Source: a virus
IMG/VR virus record: IMGVR_UViG_3300029109_000001
DNA: 42,137 bases
Reading direction: 5' to 3' (one strand)
A program made the position numbers and the translations under genes. How positions within the stretch are numbered: the stretch's first letter is position 1; every line of letters starts with the position of its first letter. The notes beneath the pieces are model-generated. The model made no database searches. It worked only from the letters and a program-made list of their open reading frames with translations, and was not told where the DNA came from. Below are positions 16,820-25,777 of the stretch, piece by piece.

Positions 16820-18544
16820 ATGGACCTGTACTCATACCATCAGGCTGACCGGCATATCATCGACTGGCTGGCTGATGCGATCTACAACCTCATCACCAAC
16901 CGGGGCGTGCCCACCAGCCTCGATGACATGTGGGAGCTCGTAACCGAGCTAATCCCCCTGATCCAGGAAGCACGCACCCAATCATATAAGGTTGCTATCG
17001 CCCACATTCATTCCGTGGCCACCACCCATGGTGTCCAGATCACCCCAGCGCCCCAAAAACCCTACTACCCTAATGCTGCCTGGAAAATGCTAGCCAGGGC
17101 CCTGGGATGGAACCCCACCCGGGACCCTATCCCCGGTCGCATCACCGACTACGATGCCACCTACCAGCAGCAGCTCGCGGACAAAATCATCCCCTTCCCG
17201 CCCGACCCTACCGACCCCGTCCTGGTCGACAAGGTAGCGCGCCGGGTAGCGGCAGGGGCAACGCGGCATGCCCGTGCCGCAGGTAGGGACGCTATCGCTG
17301 ATACAGCTGACCGTAATGAGGCAAAACCAGCCAAGCGGCGAGTTGTAGTGCAGGTTGACAACGAATCAGATGCCAGGCGACTGCGTGACGAGTTCTCCGA
17401 CCCCCGCAAGGTAGCAGTTGACCAATATGTCCGGCCGGCCAAGGGCGGTGGGGTAGTGTTGGGATGGGCCAGGGTTCTCACCGGTGCGGAAAGCTGCGCA
17501 TTCTGCGCCATGCTTGCTTCCCGCGGACCCGTGTATGAGGAATCCACCGTCCTCACCTCGGAAGAAGGCAAAGCGTACCACGATCATTGCGACTGCAAAG
17601 CAGTACTAGTGATTAAGGGAAGGCCATGGGAGGGCGAAGCCGAATACAAGGCGCTTAAAACGCTCTGGAATGACGCCCGCGATCATCCCACCAAAGAGGA
17701 ACTAGACAATGACCTAGAGATGCCAATAGACCGGTTCGGTAGCCGCTATCGGCAACTGGCGAAAGAAAATCCAGAAGCATTCGCAACCTTCAAGGACAGC
17801 GCTGACGATCCTGGCCAGCGGCCAGAGGAGATAGTGCCCGACTCTCACCCCGGCAGAGAAGAATATAGTCAGTCTCCCCGACAGGTGGAAGATTCCGGTA
17901 GCGTGTCAGAAGACGGCGGCATGGGATTGGCTGGTAGCGCTTTCGAACAGCCAAATAGTGATGGAACATTCACGCTGCCGGCGAAAGACGGATTCCCCGA
18001 ACTACGGTTGTCAACGCTTTACCCATATGATTTGGACGAATACCCGCGGCTGGAGGTTCCTGAAACCATGGAGCAGGCAGCAGTGCAGGTATCTCGTGTG
18101 AATTCCTTTGCTAACTGTGTGCGTGCTACTGCTGCTGCTGTGATGCGGATGCGCGGCTATGACATCTACCCGTACGCTACCTTGTATTCCGGCTCTGGTG
18201 GAGGTCTTCAAATCCTTGAGGCTTTGAAGATGTGGGAAACCCCTGAAGGTCCAGTAGAGGCAATTCAAACCACCGCTGAAGGCTGGGAAGCTGCGTTAAA
18301 GAAAATGCCTGATGGTTATGGGGTGTTTTCCTTTGAAATAGCGGATGCGCAGCAAAGGCATGTGATTCTCTGGAAGAAGGAAAGCGGTGGCGTGGTATTC
18401 GTTGATCCCCAAGCTGGAAAGGTAATTCCTTATGAGAAAATAGATGCTGAAGCTGCCACCGATGTCATTATTGCTAGGTTGGATAATGCTGAGCCTGTAG
18501 CCTGGAATCTTCCTGATGTTATTCAACCATTTGCTAGCATGTAA
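16820..18544 (+). CDS. MuF-like head morphogenesis protein with a C-terminal low-GC papain-fold toxin-like domain
   Basis: MuF core including CAFCAM...HDHCDC. C-terminal about 200 aa carry a Cys/His/Asp triad (FANCVRAT, QRHVILW, VFVDPQ). GC falls from about 63% to about 45% over this domain. Confidence 0.7.
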   Translation: MDLYSYHQADRHIIDWLADAIYNLITNRGVPTSLDDMWELVTELIPLIQEARTQSYKVAIAHIHSVATTHGVQITPAPQKPYYPNAAWKMLARALGWNPTRDPIPGRITDYDATYQQQLADKIIPFPPDPTDPVLVDKVARRVAAGATRHARAAGRDAIADTADRNEAKPAKRRVVVQVDNESDARRLRDEFSDPRKVAVDQYVRPAKGGGVVLGWARVLTGAESCAFCAMLASRGPVYEESTVLTSEEGKAYHDHCDCKAVLVIKGRPWEGEAEYKALKTLWNDARDHPTKEELDNDLEMPIDRFGSRYRQLAKENPEAFATFKDSADDPGQRPEEIVPDSHPGREEYSQSPRQVEDSGSVSEDGGMGLAGSAFEQPNSDGTFTLPAKDGFPELRLSTLYPYDLDEYPRLEVPETMEQAAVQVSRVNSFANCVRATAAAVMRMRGYDIYPYATLYSGSGGGLQILEALKMWETPEGPVEAIQTTAEGWEAALKKMPDGYGVFSFEIADAQQRHVILWKKESGGVVFVDPQAGKVIPYEKIDAEAATDVIIARLDNAEPVAWNLPDVIQPFASM

Positions 18545-18576
18545 GTCAGATTTGGTTGTATGTAAGAGAGGTGTTT

Positions 18577-18876
18577 GTGGTGATTGATAAGAGAACCGCC
18601 TACGACATTTTCCGTAAAGAAGCGGATGAAATGGTGAAGGTAGGTACGCCTCATGTGAAGGAAACCGGATTGGAAAATGATGAGTTTTTCTTCGCTACTA
18701 TTGCCGCGTTGGAGTCTTTTCAGGGAGATAAGCGGTTCTTAAACCCTCCTGGAACTCCTGTGGCGCTTGTCCGCAAGTCTGATGGGGAAGTAGTTAAGAT
18801 GCACATCCAAACCCATCTGGAAGAATGGGTAGACATGAAGGCTACTATGACCCCTGTGAACTATTTGGCCGCTTAA
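18577..18876 (+). CDS. Candidate cognate immunity protein, about 99 aa
   Basis: Directly follows the toxin-like domain in the same low-GC block; AGAGAGG RBS then GTG; followed by a terminator. Confidence 0.5.
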   Translation: MVIDKRTAYDIFRKEADEMVKVGTPHVKETGLENDEFFFATIAALESFQGDKRFLNPPGTPVALVRKSDGEVVKMHIQTHLEEWVDMKATMTPVNYLAA

Positions 18877-18886
18877 GCGTCAACAC

Positions 18887-18917
18887 ACCCGTAATTTCAT
18901 GTAATGAGATTACGGGT
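18887..18917 (+). terminator. Hairpin terminator after the immunity gene
   Basis: acccgtaat-(13-nt loop)-attacgggt, then tatcttat. Confidence 0.5.
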
Positions 18918-19003
18918 TATCTTATGCCCAAATCTGCCTGTTTTTGAGGAGTTCGACCTACGTGCGTTTGAAACGCGGAAGGGCTCGCATCGCTATGGAC
19001 TAA

Positions 19004-19030
19004 CCCCACCGGTCTGGTGGGGTTTATTTA
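19004..19030 (+). terminator. Rho-independent terminator
   Basis: ccccacc-ggtct-ggtgggg, then tttattta. Confidence 0.55.
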
Positions 19031-19069
19031 TACCCACCCCCTACATTTCACACAATCAAGGAGGCAATT

Positions 19070-19615
19070 ATGCCGAATAATATCGCCGATACCCAAGACG
19101 AAAAACAGGAAGAAACCACGAACCCTGCTGTGCAGAACCCGGAAGAGTCCTCCCCATCGCAGTCCCCAGCCCCGGAGATGACCCTGGAAGAAGCCCTAGC
19201 GGAGCTGGAAAAAACCCGGCAAGAACGTGACGCGGTTCAAGCCGCCGCCCAGAAATGGCAGCAGCATGAGGACTCGCAGAAATCAGAACTCCAGCTAGCC
19301 CAAGAGAAACTAGCCGCCGCCCAGCAGGAACTCGCCCAAGCCCAAACCACAAACCTGCTGCTGGAAGTCGCAGCAGCCCACGGCATCAAGCCTGAGGATG
19401 TGCCGCTGCTGGGCACTGGCACGAAAGAAGACCTAGAGGCCCGCGCGGCCAGGATTAAAGAACTCTACGGTGCAGGGAATACCGCCCCGCCGTCGAATAG
19501 CCCCCGCCAAAACGTCCAATCCGGGTCCGGGGTAGGTAACGAACCCCAGCCAGACCCGGTAACCTACCCCAGCTCATGGGTGCCTAAAGCACTCCGCAAA
19601 AACCACGACCAGTAA
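19070..19615 (+). CDS. Scaffolding protein
   Basis: AAGGAGGcaattATG start; acidic Q/A/E-rich coiled coil; lies upstream of the capsid genes. Confidence 0.65.
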   Translation: MPNNIADTQDEKQEETTNPAVQNPEESSPSQSPAPEMTLEEALAELEKTRQERDAVQAAAQKWQQHEDSQKSELQLAQEKLAAAQQELAQAQTTNLLLEVAAAHGIKPEDVPLLGTGTKEDLEARAARIKELYGAGNTAPPSNSPRQNVQSGSGVGNEPQPDPVTYPSSWVPKALRKNHDQ

Positions 19616-19633
19616 GGAATACCAAGGAATACC

Positions 19634-20002
19634 ATGGATATCACTAAAGTTCACTATGATCCAGCAGCCGCTATCACGGTGAAAGCGAAGAGGAAAATCC
19701 CCGCCGGCACATTTGTTGTTCCCGTCGACGACATTGTTGGCCGAACCCCGGTTGTTGATATTGCCGCTGCTGACGCTTACCCGTTCGGTGTGGTCGCTCA
19801 TGATGTAGACAAGGACGGCTATGTCACTGTTTACCGCGCCGGGCATGTTCTCGATGCCCTAGCCGCTGGTGCGTTTGTTGCCGGTGACAAGCTCAGCACC
19901 GCAGCTGACGGCAAGGTAGTCAAGGCCGCTGCTGGCCCTGTAGTCGCTATCGCGCTCACCAAGGGCACATCAGGTAAACCCGCCACTATTGCCCTACTCT
20001 AA
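19634..20002 (+). CDS. Head decoration / DUF2190-like protein
   Basis: 122-aa Ala/Val/Gly-rich protein between the scaffold and the major capsid gene. Confidence 0.5.
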   Translation: MDITKVHYDPAAAITVKAKRKIPAGTFVVPVDDIVGRTPVVDIAAADAYPFGVVAHDVDKDGYVTVYRAGHVLDALAAGAFVAGDKLSTAADGKVVKAAAGPVVAIALTKGTSGKPATIALL

Positions 20003-20017
20003 GACAAGGAATTTCTC

Positions 20018-20926
20018 ATGCCTAAAAACACTGGCCTTTTCCCCGGCGTCGCCCCGACAGTGGCCGACGGGGTTATCACCCTGGACATGATGCTCCAGGA
20101 GCCCACACGGATTGCCCGCTATATCGCTGATATTACTGCCCTTGGTATGTTCACTGACCGGATTTTCTCCACTGGTGAGGCTAAGGGCGGCGCTATCCTC
20201 TACGAGGTAGCGCTGAAGAACGCCCTGCTTGCCGATGACCATAATGGTGTCATCGCCCCTGGCGGTAACTACCCCACGGTTGATGTCACTACCGATGACC
20301 CCAAGGTCATCAAAACTGTCAAAGTTGGCGGCAAGTTCTCCGTTACTGATGAGGCTGCAAAGCGCAATGACCTGACTATGATGCAGCGACGTGCCCAGCG
20401 GGTCGCAAATACTATGGTTTATGATCTCGATGGCATGGGTATGCAGGCCGTCCGCGAAGCACTCACCGCCTACGATGCGGATATCATCAAAGTGGAGTCC
20501 GGCGGCTGGGCAACCATCAACAAAACCAAGAAGCTAGACCAAACCGCAGCCAAGTCCATTCGGGCTGACATTAATAAGGCCTTCACTGAGGGGCGGAAAT
20601 CCCAAATGGGCTACGTGTACAACCTCCTAGCTCTCCACCCCGATGACCACCTGGAATTCTCCAACGCCTTCGACGATGATGAGGCGGAATCCAAGTTCCT
20701 GCAGAACAAGGGCCTAGAGGTTATTTCCAGCCCGCTGGCCACTAAGGGCGAAGGCTGGCTCATTGCCGAGCAGCAAGTAGGCACGATGGGCGTGGAAGAA
20801 GGCATTACCACCACAACCTACCGTGATGAGGACCGGGACCTGACCTGGACGAAAACCCGTGCCATGCTCGCCTACGCGGTAACGGACCCGCTCGCGGTCA
20901 TTAAGATCACCGGCCTGGGTAGCTAA
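20018..20926 (+). CDS. Major capsid protein (HK97 fold)
   Basis: 302 aa; position and composition. Confidence 0.75.
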   Translation: MPKNTGLFPGVAPTVADGVITLDMMLQEPTRIARYIADITALGMFTDRIFSTGEAKGGAILYEVALKNALLADDHNGVIAPGGNYPTVDVTTDDPKVIKTVKVGGKFSVTDEAAKRNDLTMMQRRAQRVANTMVYDLDGMGMQAVREALTAYDADIIKVESGGWATINKTKKLDQTAAKSIRADINKAFTEGRKSQMGYVYNLLALHPDDHLEFSNAFDDDEAESKFLQNKGLEVISSPLATKGEGWLIAEQQVGTMGVEEGITTTTYRDEDRDLTWTKTRAMLAYAVTDPLAVIKITGLGS

Positions 20927-20927
20927 C

Positions 20928-21323
20928 ATGCCGGCCTACGCATCCCCGGATGACCTGCGTGCCCGCGCCAGGCGACTCATTCCCGATGGTATGAGTGATG
21001 AAGACCTTCAGGTGCTGCTGGAGGATGCTAGTGTGTTCCTCCGTGCCACATACCCGACCATCCCTGAAAACCCAGATGCGCTCCTGGCGTCGGTGCTGCG
21101 GGTTGTCACGGTTGCCATTGTGAAGCGCGCTCTGTTGGCGGAGAAAAACGCCGAGTTCTCGGATGGTGCCCAGTCCGTCACTGATACTGCCGGCCCGTTC
21201 ACCTCTACGCTATCGTTTCGTAACAGTGAGGGGAATTTCTTCATTTCTGCCCAGGAGCGCACGATGCTGGAGAACGCCCTGTCTAAGCGGCGTTTTCGGT
21301 GCATCACTGCCGAAGGATGGTGA
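20928..21323 (+). CDS. Head-tail connector (gp6-like)
   Basis: N-terminus MPAYASPDDLRARARRLIPDGMSDEDLQVLLEDASVFL. Confidence 0.65.
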   Translation: MPAYASPDDLRARARRLIPDGMSDEDLQVLLEDASVFLRATYPTIPENPDALLASVLRVVTVAIVKRALLAEKNAEFSDGAQSVTDTAGPFTSTLSFRNSEGNFFISAQERTMLENALSKRRFRCITAEGW

Positions 21324-21327
21324 CGCT

Positions 21328-21636
21328 ATGGCCACAATCCAAGTGCTCCGTCGCAGCCGGGATAGGTTTGGTGACTTGACTGCCCCCGTGCCGGTTCTCA
21401 CGATCACTGGGGCGAGAATCGCCTGGGCTCAGGCCACGGTCGATACAGACCGCAAGACGGTGGTGTCTACCCGGCCAACGGTGTATATCAAACGCCAGGC
21501 CCCGGATATTCGCACCGGTGATATTATCGAGGGTTTCGGAAGAAAACTGAAGGTCATTGAGGCGCAGTTGTGGGAGCATCCCCGCAGGGAGGGCATCATT
21601 GTGGGGACCGCGGTGATCTGTGAGGAGGTGCGATAG
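21328..21636 (+). CDS. Head closure / head-tail joining protein
   Basis: GAAGGAtggtgacgctATG start; gene order. Confidence 0.55.
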   Translation: MATIQVLRRSRDRFGDLTAPVPVLTITGARIAWAQATVDTDRKTVVSTRPTVYIKRQAPDIRTGDIIEGFGRKLKVIEAQLWEHPRREGIIVGTAVICEEVR

Positions 21637-21638
21637 TC

Positions 21639-21968
21639 ATGAAGTTTTCACCCCGGATCATGAAAGGGTATCTGGAAGGCCCTGAGGTGGAGGAGCTCCT
21701 GTACCGTGCCGGCTATTTAGCGCAGGCCATCTACGCTACGGTGGCGCCCCGGGACACCGGCCGGCTAGCATCCTCCGGCACGGTCGACGTAGAAGTAGCC
21801 CGCCCCTACACGAGTAAAGCCCGCAAGCGCCTGGTGGCCACGGTCTCAATAGACGCCCCCTATGGTGTGCCGATGGAGTTCGGACACAGGATCAAATCCC
21901 GCCATGGACGTAACACTGTTGCGCCCCGGGCGATGCTACGCAGAACAATCAGGGCGGTACGATTATGA
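21639..21968 (+). CDS. HK97 gp10-like neck protein
   Basis: GAGGAGGtgcgatagtcATG start; DTGRLASS motif. Confidence 0.6.
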   Translation: MKFSPRIMKGYLEGPEVEELLYRAGYLAQAIYATVAPRDTGRLASSGTVDVEVARPYTSKARKRLVATVSIDAPYGVPMEFGHRIKSRHGRNTVAPRAMLRRTIRAVRL

Positions 21969-22411
21969 CCATCATCGTTCCCGACGACCTGGTGCCGTGG
22001 CCGGATGTGGAACAACTCATCGTGGACGCCCTCGACCAGGTAGCCCAGCAGATGACGCCCCAGCCGTGGGTGGGTACATGGGTCCCCGACGACTACGAAA
22101 CCCAGATCCAGCAATCCCCACTAATTGTGGTGCAGCGTACCACCGGTGCTGCTGACTTCAACAATCAAGTAGATGTCCCCCTTGTGGAGATTGGGGTGCT
22201 AGCCGAAACTCGCGCAGACGCCCAAAAAATCAACAGCTACCTGAGGGCGTGGATGCTAGACGTTTTCCCCACCCACCCGCAAGTGCCCGTTCGGGTTGTG
22301 AGTATCAGCGAGCGGGTGGGATCCGTAATGCCTCCCTGGGTCAACCCCGACCACAGGTATGTGAATGCTCTTTATGAGATCACTATCCGCAGGCCCCGAA
22401 AACACACATAA
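21965..22411 (+). CDS. Tail terminator / tail completion protein
   Basis: Gene order; ATGA overlap with the upstream gene. Confidence 0.55.
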   Translation: MTIIVPDDLVPWPDVEQLIVDALDQVAQQMTPQPWVGTWVPDDYETQIQQSPLIVVQRTTGAADFNNQVDVPLVEIGVLAETRADAQKINSYLRAWMLDVFPTHPQVPVRVVSISERVGSVMPPWVNPDHRYVNALYEITIRRPRKHT

Positions 22412-22480
22412 CCCCCTTTGCCCCCGGGCTTTCCTGGGGGCTTTCTTAATGCCCGCAACGTGCGGGGAAAGGAGACAGCC

Positions 22481-23419
22481 GTGACCACCACGGACTTCTA
22501 CAAGCTAAAAGACAAACAGAGCGACCTATTATTCGCACCCCTGGACTACCTGCTTTTGATGTGCCCCTATGGGATTGAAATCCCAGATCGCATCACCGAC
22601 AGCAACGGAAACTTATTAGAGTTGCCGGAAGGCTGGTTCTCTATCGGCGAGGGTGAGAAAAAAGCCGGCGTTGACCTGGCCCCCGATTCCAAAGTTGAAG
22701 GCCCTGAGGGTTATGGTAGCCCTGGCCGCCGCCGCACATTCGTCACGGAAGAATCATTCACGGTTGATGTCACCGCCCAGGAATCTCGCTTGCGAACCCT
22801 AGAGGCATTCTACGATTTGATGGAGGCCCAGTATGACGAGGGCACCGGCTATTTCGCTAAGAAACGCCGGGCTGCCCGGGTGCGGGAATATTCCAGCATC
22901 CTGGTCGCTAAAGATGGTGATCCGGGGCATGAAATCTACCCCTATTTCGTCTTTCCCAAGATGACGATTGAGAAGAAGGGTAAGCAGTCTTTCTCCGAGA
23001 CGGACGTCATTAAGTACCCGATTACTCTGGGCGCGCAGGATGATGAAAAATACGGTGCCCTGTACGGTTTCGGCTTGTGCGGCCCTGGCTTCACCCCAGA
23101 GCTAGCAAAGCTCATGGGCATCACCGGCGCCCACAAACTATCCGATGCCAAATACAAGTTCTCTGTCAAAGGCGCCACGTCTGGCACGTACACCATCACC
23201 ATTGGCGGGAAAACGACCGCCACCATCACCTATAACGCTGATGCCGCGGCTGTGCAGGCGGCTATCCGGGTTTTGGGTGAAAACGATGCCGAGGTTACCG
23301 GCACGGTGGACGCTGGTTTCGTGATCGCTAAGGTATCCGCCGCCCCAACAGTTGCCGCCACTGGTTTGGCGGGTGGTGGTTTCCCGAAATCGGTGGAGGT
23401 CACCAAGGACCCCTCCTAG
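22481..23419 (+). CDS. Major tail protein
   Basis: AAAGGAGAcagccGTG start; Ig-like C-terminus. The ORF track's TTG 22418 start is unlikely. Confidence 0.7.
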   Translation: MTTTDFYKLKDKQSDLLFAPLDYLLLMCPYGIEIPDRITDSNGNLLELPEGWFSIGEGEKKAGVDLAPDSKVEGPEGYGSPGRRRTFVTEESFTVDVTAQESRLRTLEAFYDLMEAQYDEGTGYFAKKRRAARVREYSSILVAKDGDPGHEIYPYFVFPKMTIEKKGKQSFSETDVIKYPITLGAQDDEKYGALYGFGLCGPGFTPELAKLMGITGAHKLSDAKYKFSVKGATSGTYTITIGGKTTATITYNADAAAVQAAIRVLGENDAEVTGTVDAGFVIAKVSAAPTVAATGLAGGGFPKSVEVTKDPS

Positions 23420-23498
23420 CCCTCGCCGGTAACAACACCTTACCTGGGCGAGGGCTCCTACCAACTGCCGCCCCATAAAACGAAGGAGGAACCGAACC

Positions 23499-24797
23499 AT
23501 GGCGTATGCCCGTAACGTTTGGCATAACGATGACCCCGCAACCCCCCTGTCGGCGGAACGCCTGGACCGTATCGAGCAGGGCATCGAATCAGCCCATGTC
23601 ACCGCCGATGCCGTGACCGTCGCTAGTGAAAGCCTGAAAACCCGGGTTACTAGCCTGGAAAAGCTGAAAGACCAGCCCGCGCAGGTAGACCCGCAGGCTA
23701 TCAAAACTGCGGTCGCTGAAGCCCTCAAGGCCCAGCCTCCGGTAGATTTTGGGCCGATCACTAAGCGACTCACCGCACTAGAAACAAAGCCCACTACCAC
23801 TGTGCGGGAGCAGGTGCAGCAGTCTGCCCTGCGGGGCAGACTTGCCGATCGGGCAGGGGTGAAAACCCGAGCCATTGGCGTTGGGTGGGAAGATACCTCG
23901 AATGCGGCTGACCGCGACTGGGCGACTATCGCCCAGAAAGCCATAGCGAAGGGGTACAACACTATTGACCTGGCTGTGGGCCGACCCGAATGGACGCTGT
24001 TCCCGTGGCCGGCCCACCCAGAGCGGGTGTCTATCGACGCTGGGAAAAACCCCATCCGGGACACCATCACCGCCCTCCGGGCTGCTGGGATTGAGAATGT
24101 TTTCCTCACCCTGGACATGATGATTACCACCACGCTGGGGAAACAACCCGAGTGGAAGGCTGTTTCCCGGGATGGCACTATCCGGGATATGCCATCACCC
24201 GCGGCCCTCACCAACCCAGGTGATATCCGGGACATGCTTGGTGGCGCTGTTGCCCAGGTTGCCGCCGAGTACGGGGACCTGATTGACGGCATCATCATCA
24301 CCGAACTGTTCTGGGATTCCGGCTCGTTCTCCGCCCACGACCTCACCCTATACAAGAGTGATACTGGTGCCGCCGACTGGCCGCGCCGGGGTGATGGCAC
24401 CCCGCATGAGAGCAAGGAATACCAAGATTGGTTGACTACGAAGATGGCTGATTTCATCGGCTATTGCCGTGGCCTGACCGGGGGAATCCCTCTCATCATG
24501 GATGTGCGCGCGAACTGGGCCACCCCGGTAGCTGGTGACCTGGGTAGCGGCCATGACTATTCGAAGCTGCTGCGGGTTGTTGACGAGCTCCAGGTGTGGG
24601 CCTACTACACGACTGGTGACGAGTCGAAAGCCGTAGCGTTGTCTACTGCGTTGGATAGGCAGTGGCCGGGGCGGATCCGCACCGCACTGGGCTTGTGGTC
24701 GGCAACCCCTACGTCTGTAGGTCAGGTGCTCACGTCCCTTACCAACGCCCCTCGGGTGCAGGTCACCCCATACTCGAAGATGGGCTCCCTACTCTAG
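23499..24797 (+). CDS. Inserted protein: N-terminal coiled-coil region plus a putative (beta/alpha)8 glycoside-hydrolase-like domain
   Basis: GAAGGAGGaaccgaaccATG start. Alternating hydrophobic beta-like stretches (VFLTLDMM, IIITELFWD, IPLIMDVRANW, LQVWAYYT). Sits between the major tail protein and the chaperone genes. Confidence 0.45.
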   Translation: MAYARNVWHNDDPATPLSAERLDRIEQGIESAHVTADAVTVASESLKTRVTSLEKLKDQPAQVDPQAIKTAVAEALKAQPPVDFGPITKRLTALETKPTTTVREQVQQSALRGRLADRAGVKTRAIGVGWEDTSNAADRDWATIAQKAIAKGYNTIDLAVGRPEWTLFPWPAHPERVSIDAGKNPIRDTITALRAAGIENVFLTLDMMITTTLGKQPEWKAVSRDGTIRDMPSPAALTNPGDIRDMLGGAVAQVAAEYGDLIDGIIITELFWDSGSFSAHDLTLYKSDTGAADWPRRGDGTPHESKEYQDWLTTKMADFIGYCRGLTGGIPLIMDVRANWATPVAGDLGSGHDYSKLLRVVDELQVWAYYTTGDESKAVALSTALDRQWPGRIRTALGLWSATPTSVGQVLTSLTNAPRVQVTPYSKMGSLL

Positions 24798-24826
24798 CCC
24801 ACAGTTCACCTAATACCCCCCAATCG

Positions 24827-24860
24827 CCGCGGTAAGCACCATCGCCTACCGCGGTTTTTT
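24827..24860 (+). terminator. Rho-independent terminator
   Basis: ccgcggta-(loop)-taccgcgg followed by tttttt. Confidence 0.65.
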
Positions 24861-24892
24861 CAACACCCCCTATGAATGGAGACAAATAAATC

Positions 24893-25318
24893 ATGCCAAG
24901 AAAAACCACAACCAGCACCACGAAAAAGCCCCAAGCCGCCCAGGCGGATCCGGTAGAGGACCGGTTTGAGCGATTCCGCGCCCGCGGCATGGCCATGCAA
25001 AACCGCGCCGGGCATCGCCGCCGCACATTTGTGACCGATGACCCGTTTGTGCTTGGGGAGGAGTATGGTTTCACCCCGCCGATTGAGATTCAAAAGCCGG
25101 TCTACACTGATCGGCTCGCTATTGAGGAGATGGCCCGCGCCGGCAACGCCACCGGTGTGCTGCGACTTCTTTTCAAGGATGACTACCGCCGCTTCCTGGC
25201 CGCCCTGAATAGTGTTGGTGATGACGCGGAGGAAGTGGCCATTGGCGTGTTCATTGATATCCAAGCCCATTTCTACGGTGAGGGGATCGTTGACGAGCTG
25301 GTCACTTTCCCTATGTAA
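24893..25318 (+). CDS. Tail assembly chaperone (gpG-like)
   Basis: GGAGAcaaataaatcATG start; lies upstream of the tape measure gene. Confidence 0.7.
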   Translation: MPRKTTTSTTKKPQAAQADPVEDRFERFRARGMAMQNRAGHRRRTFVTDDPFVLGEEYGFTPPIEIQKPVYTDRLAIEEMARAGNATGVLRLLFKDDYRRFLAALNSVGDDAEEVAIGVFIDIQAHFYGEGIVDELVTFPM

Positions 25319-25755
25319 CCGGCCTCATCAATAAATATGGGCCGGAGATTAGGTGGGACCTCCACCACTATCTAAATATCGACCTTGACGATTTTCTACG
25401 TGGCGAGCGGCATTGGGCGACGTTTATTGAGCTCCTAGAACAGTTGCCGCCAGGTTCGCACTATTTGGCGGCTCTCGCTGATGATGATGATTTGGCGGAG
25501 CAGGTGCTGCGGGATCGGAAAGCGAACCCGCATGCGACCCCATCGCTGCGGGAGTGGGACGGCACCCAGGCCAAGCTCACGCAGCTGATTGAGCTCACCC
25601 AGGCCTTGTGTGCTATCACGGCCCGCCTGGAGACGTCGCTGCCGCCGCCGCCCCGCCCGGTAACCGCCGCTGACCGTTTGGAGCAGCAGCAGCGGAAAGC
25701 CGACATGAATGATCTGCTCACGGGCTTGCTTGGGGATCGAGCAGAAATCCACTAA
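24893..25755 (+). CDS. Tail assembly chaperone -1 frameshift fusion (gpGT-like), shifting at the TTTCCCT heptamer 25306-25312
   Basis: The -1 frame stays open from 25294 through 25755; X XXY YYZ heptamer T TTC CCT in the 0 frame. Confidence 0.6.
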
Positions 25756-25777
25756 CAAAAAAAGGGGGGTGTTGGTT

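Noticed and set aside
22418-22480. TTG start of the major tail protein at 22418
   Set aside because: It has no SD. The in-frame GTG at 22481 has AAAGGAGA 5 nt upstream.
23138-24457. 439-aa minus-strand ORF, together with the many other long antisense ORFs in high-GC regions
   Set aside because: These oppose well-supported structural genes. They are stop-free only because TTA, CTA and TCA codons are rare in the sense frames, and their products are Arg/Ser/Ala-rich low-complexity sequence.
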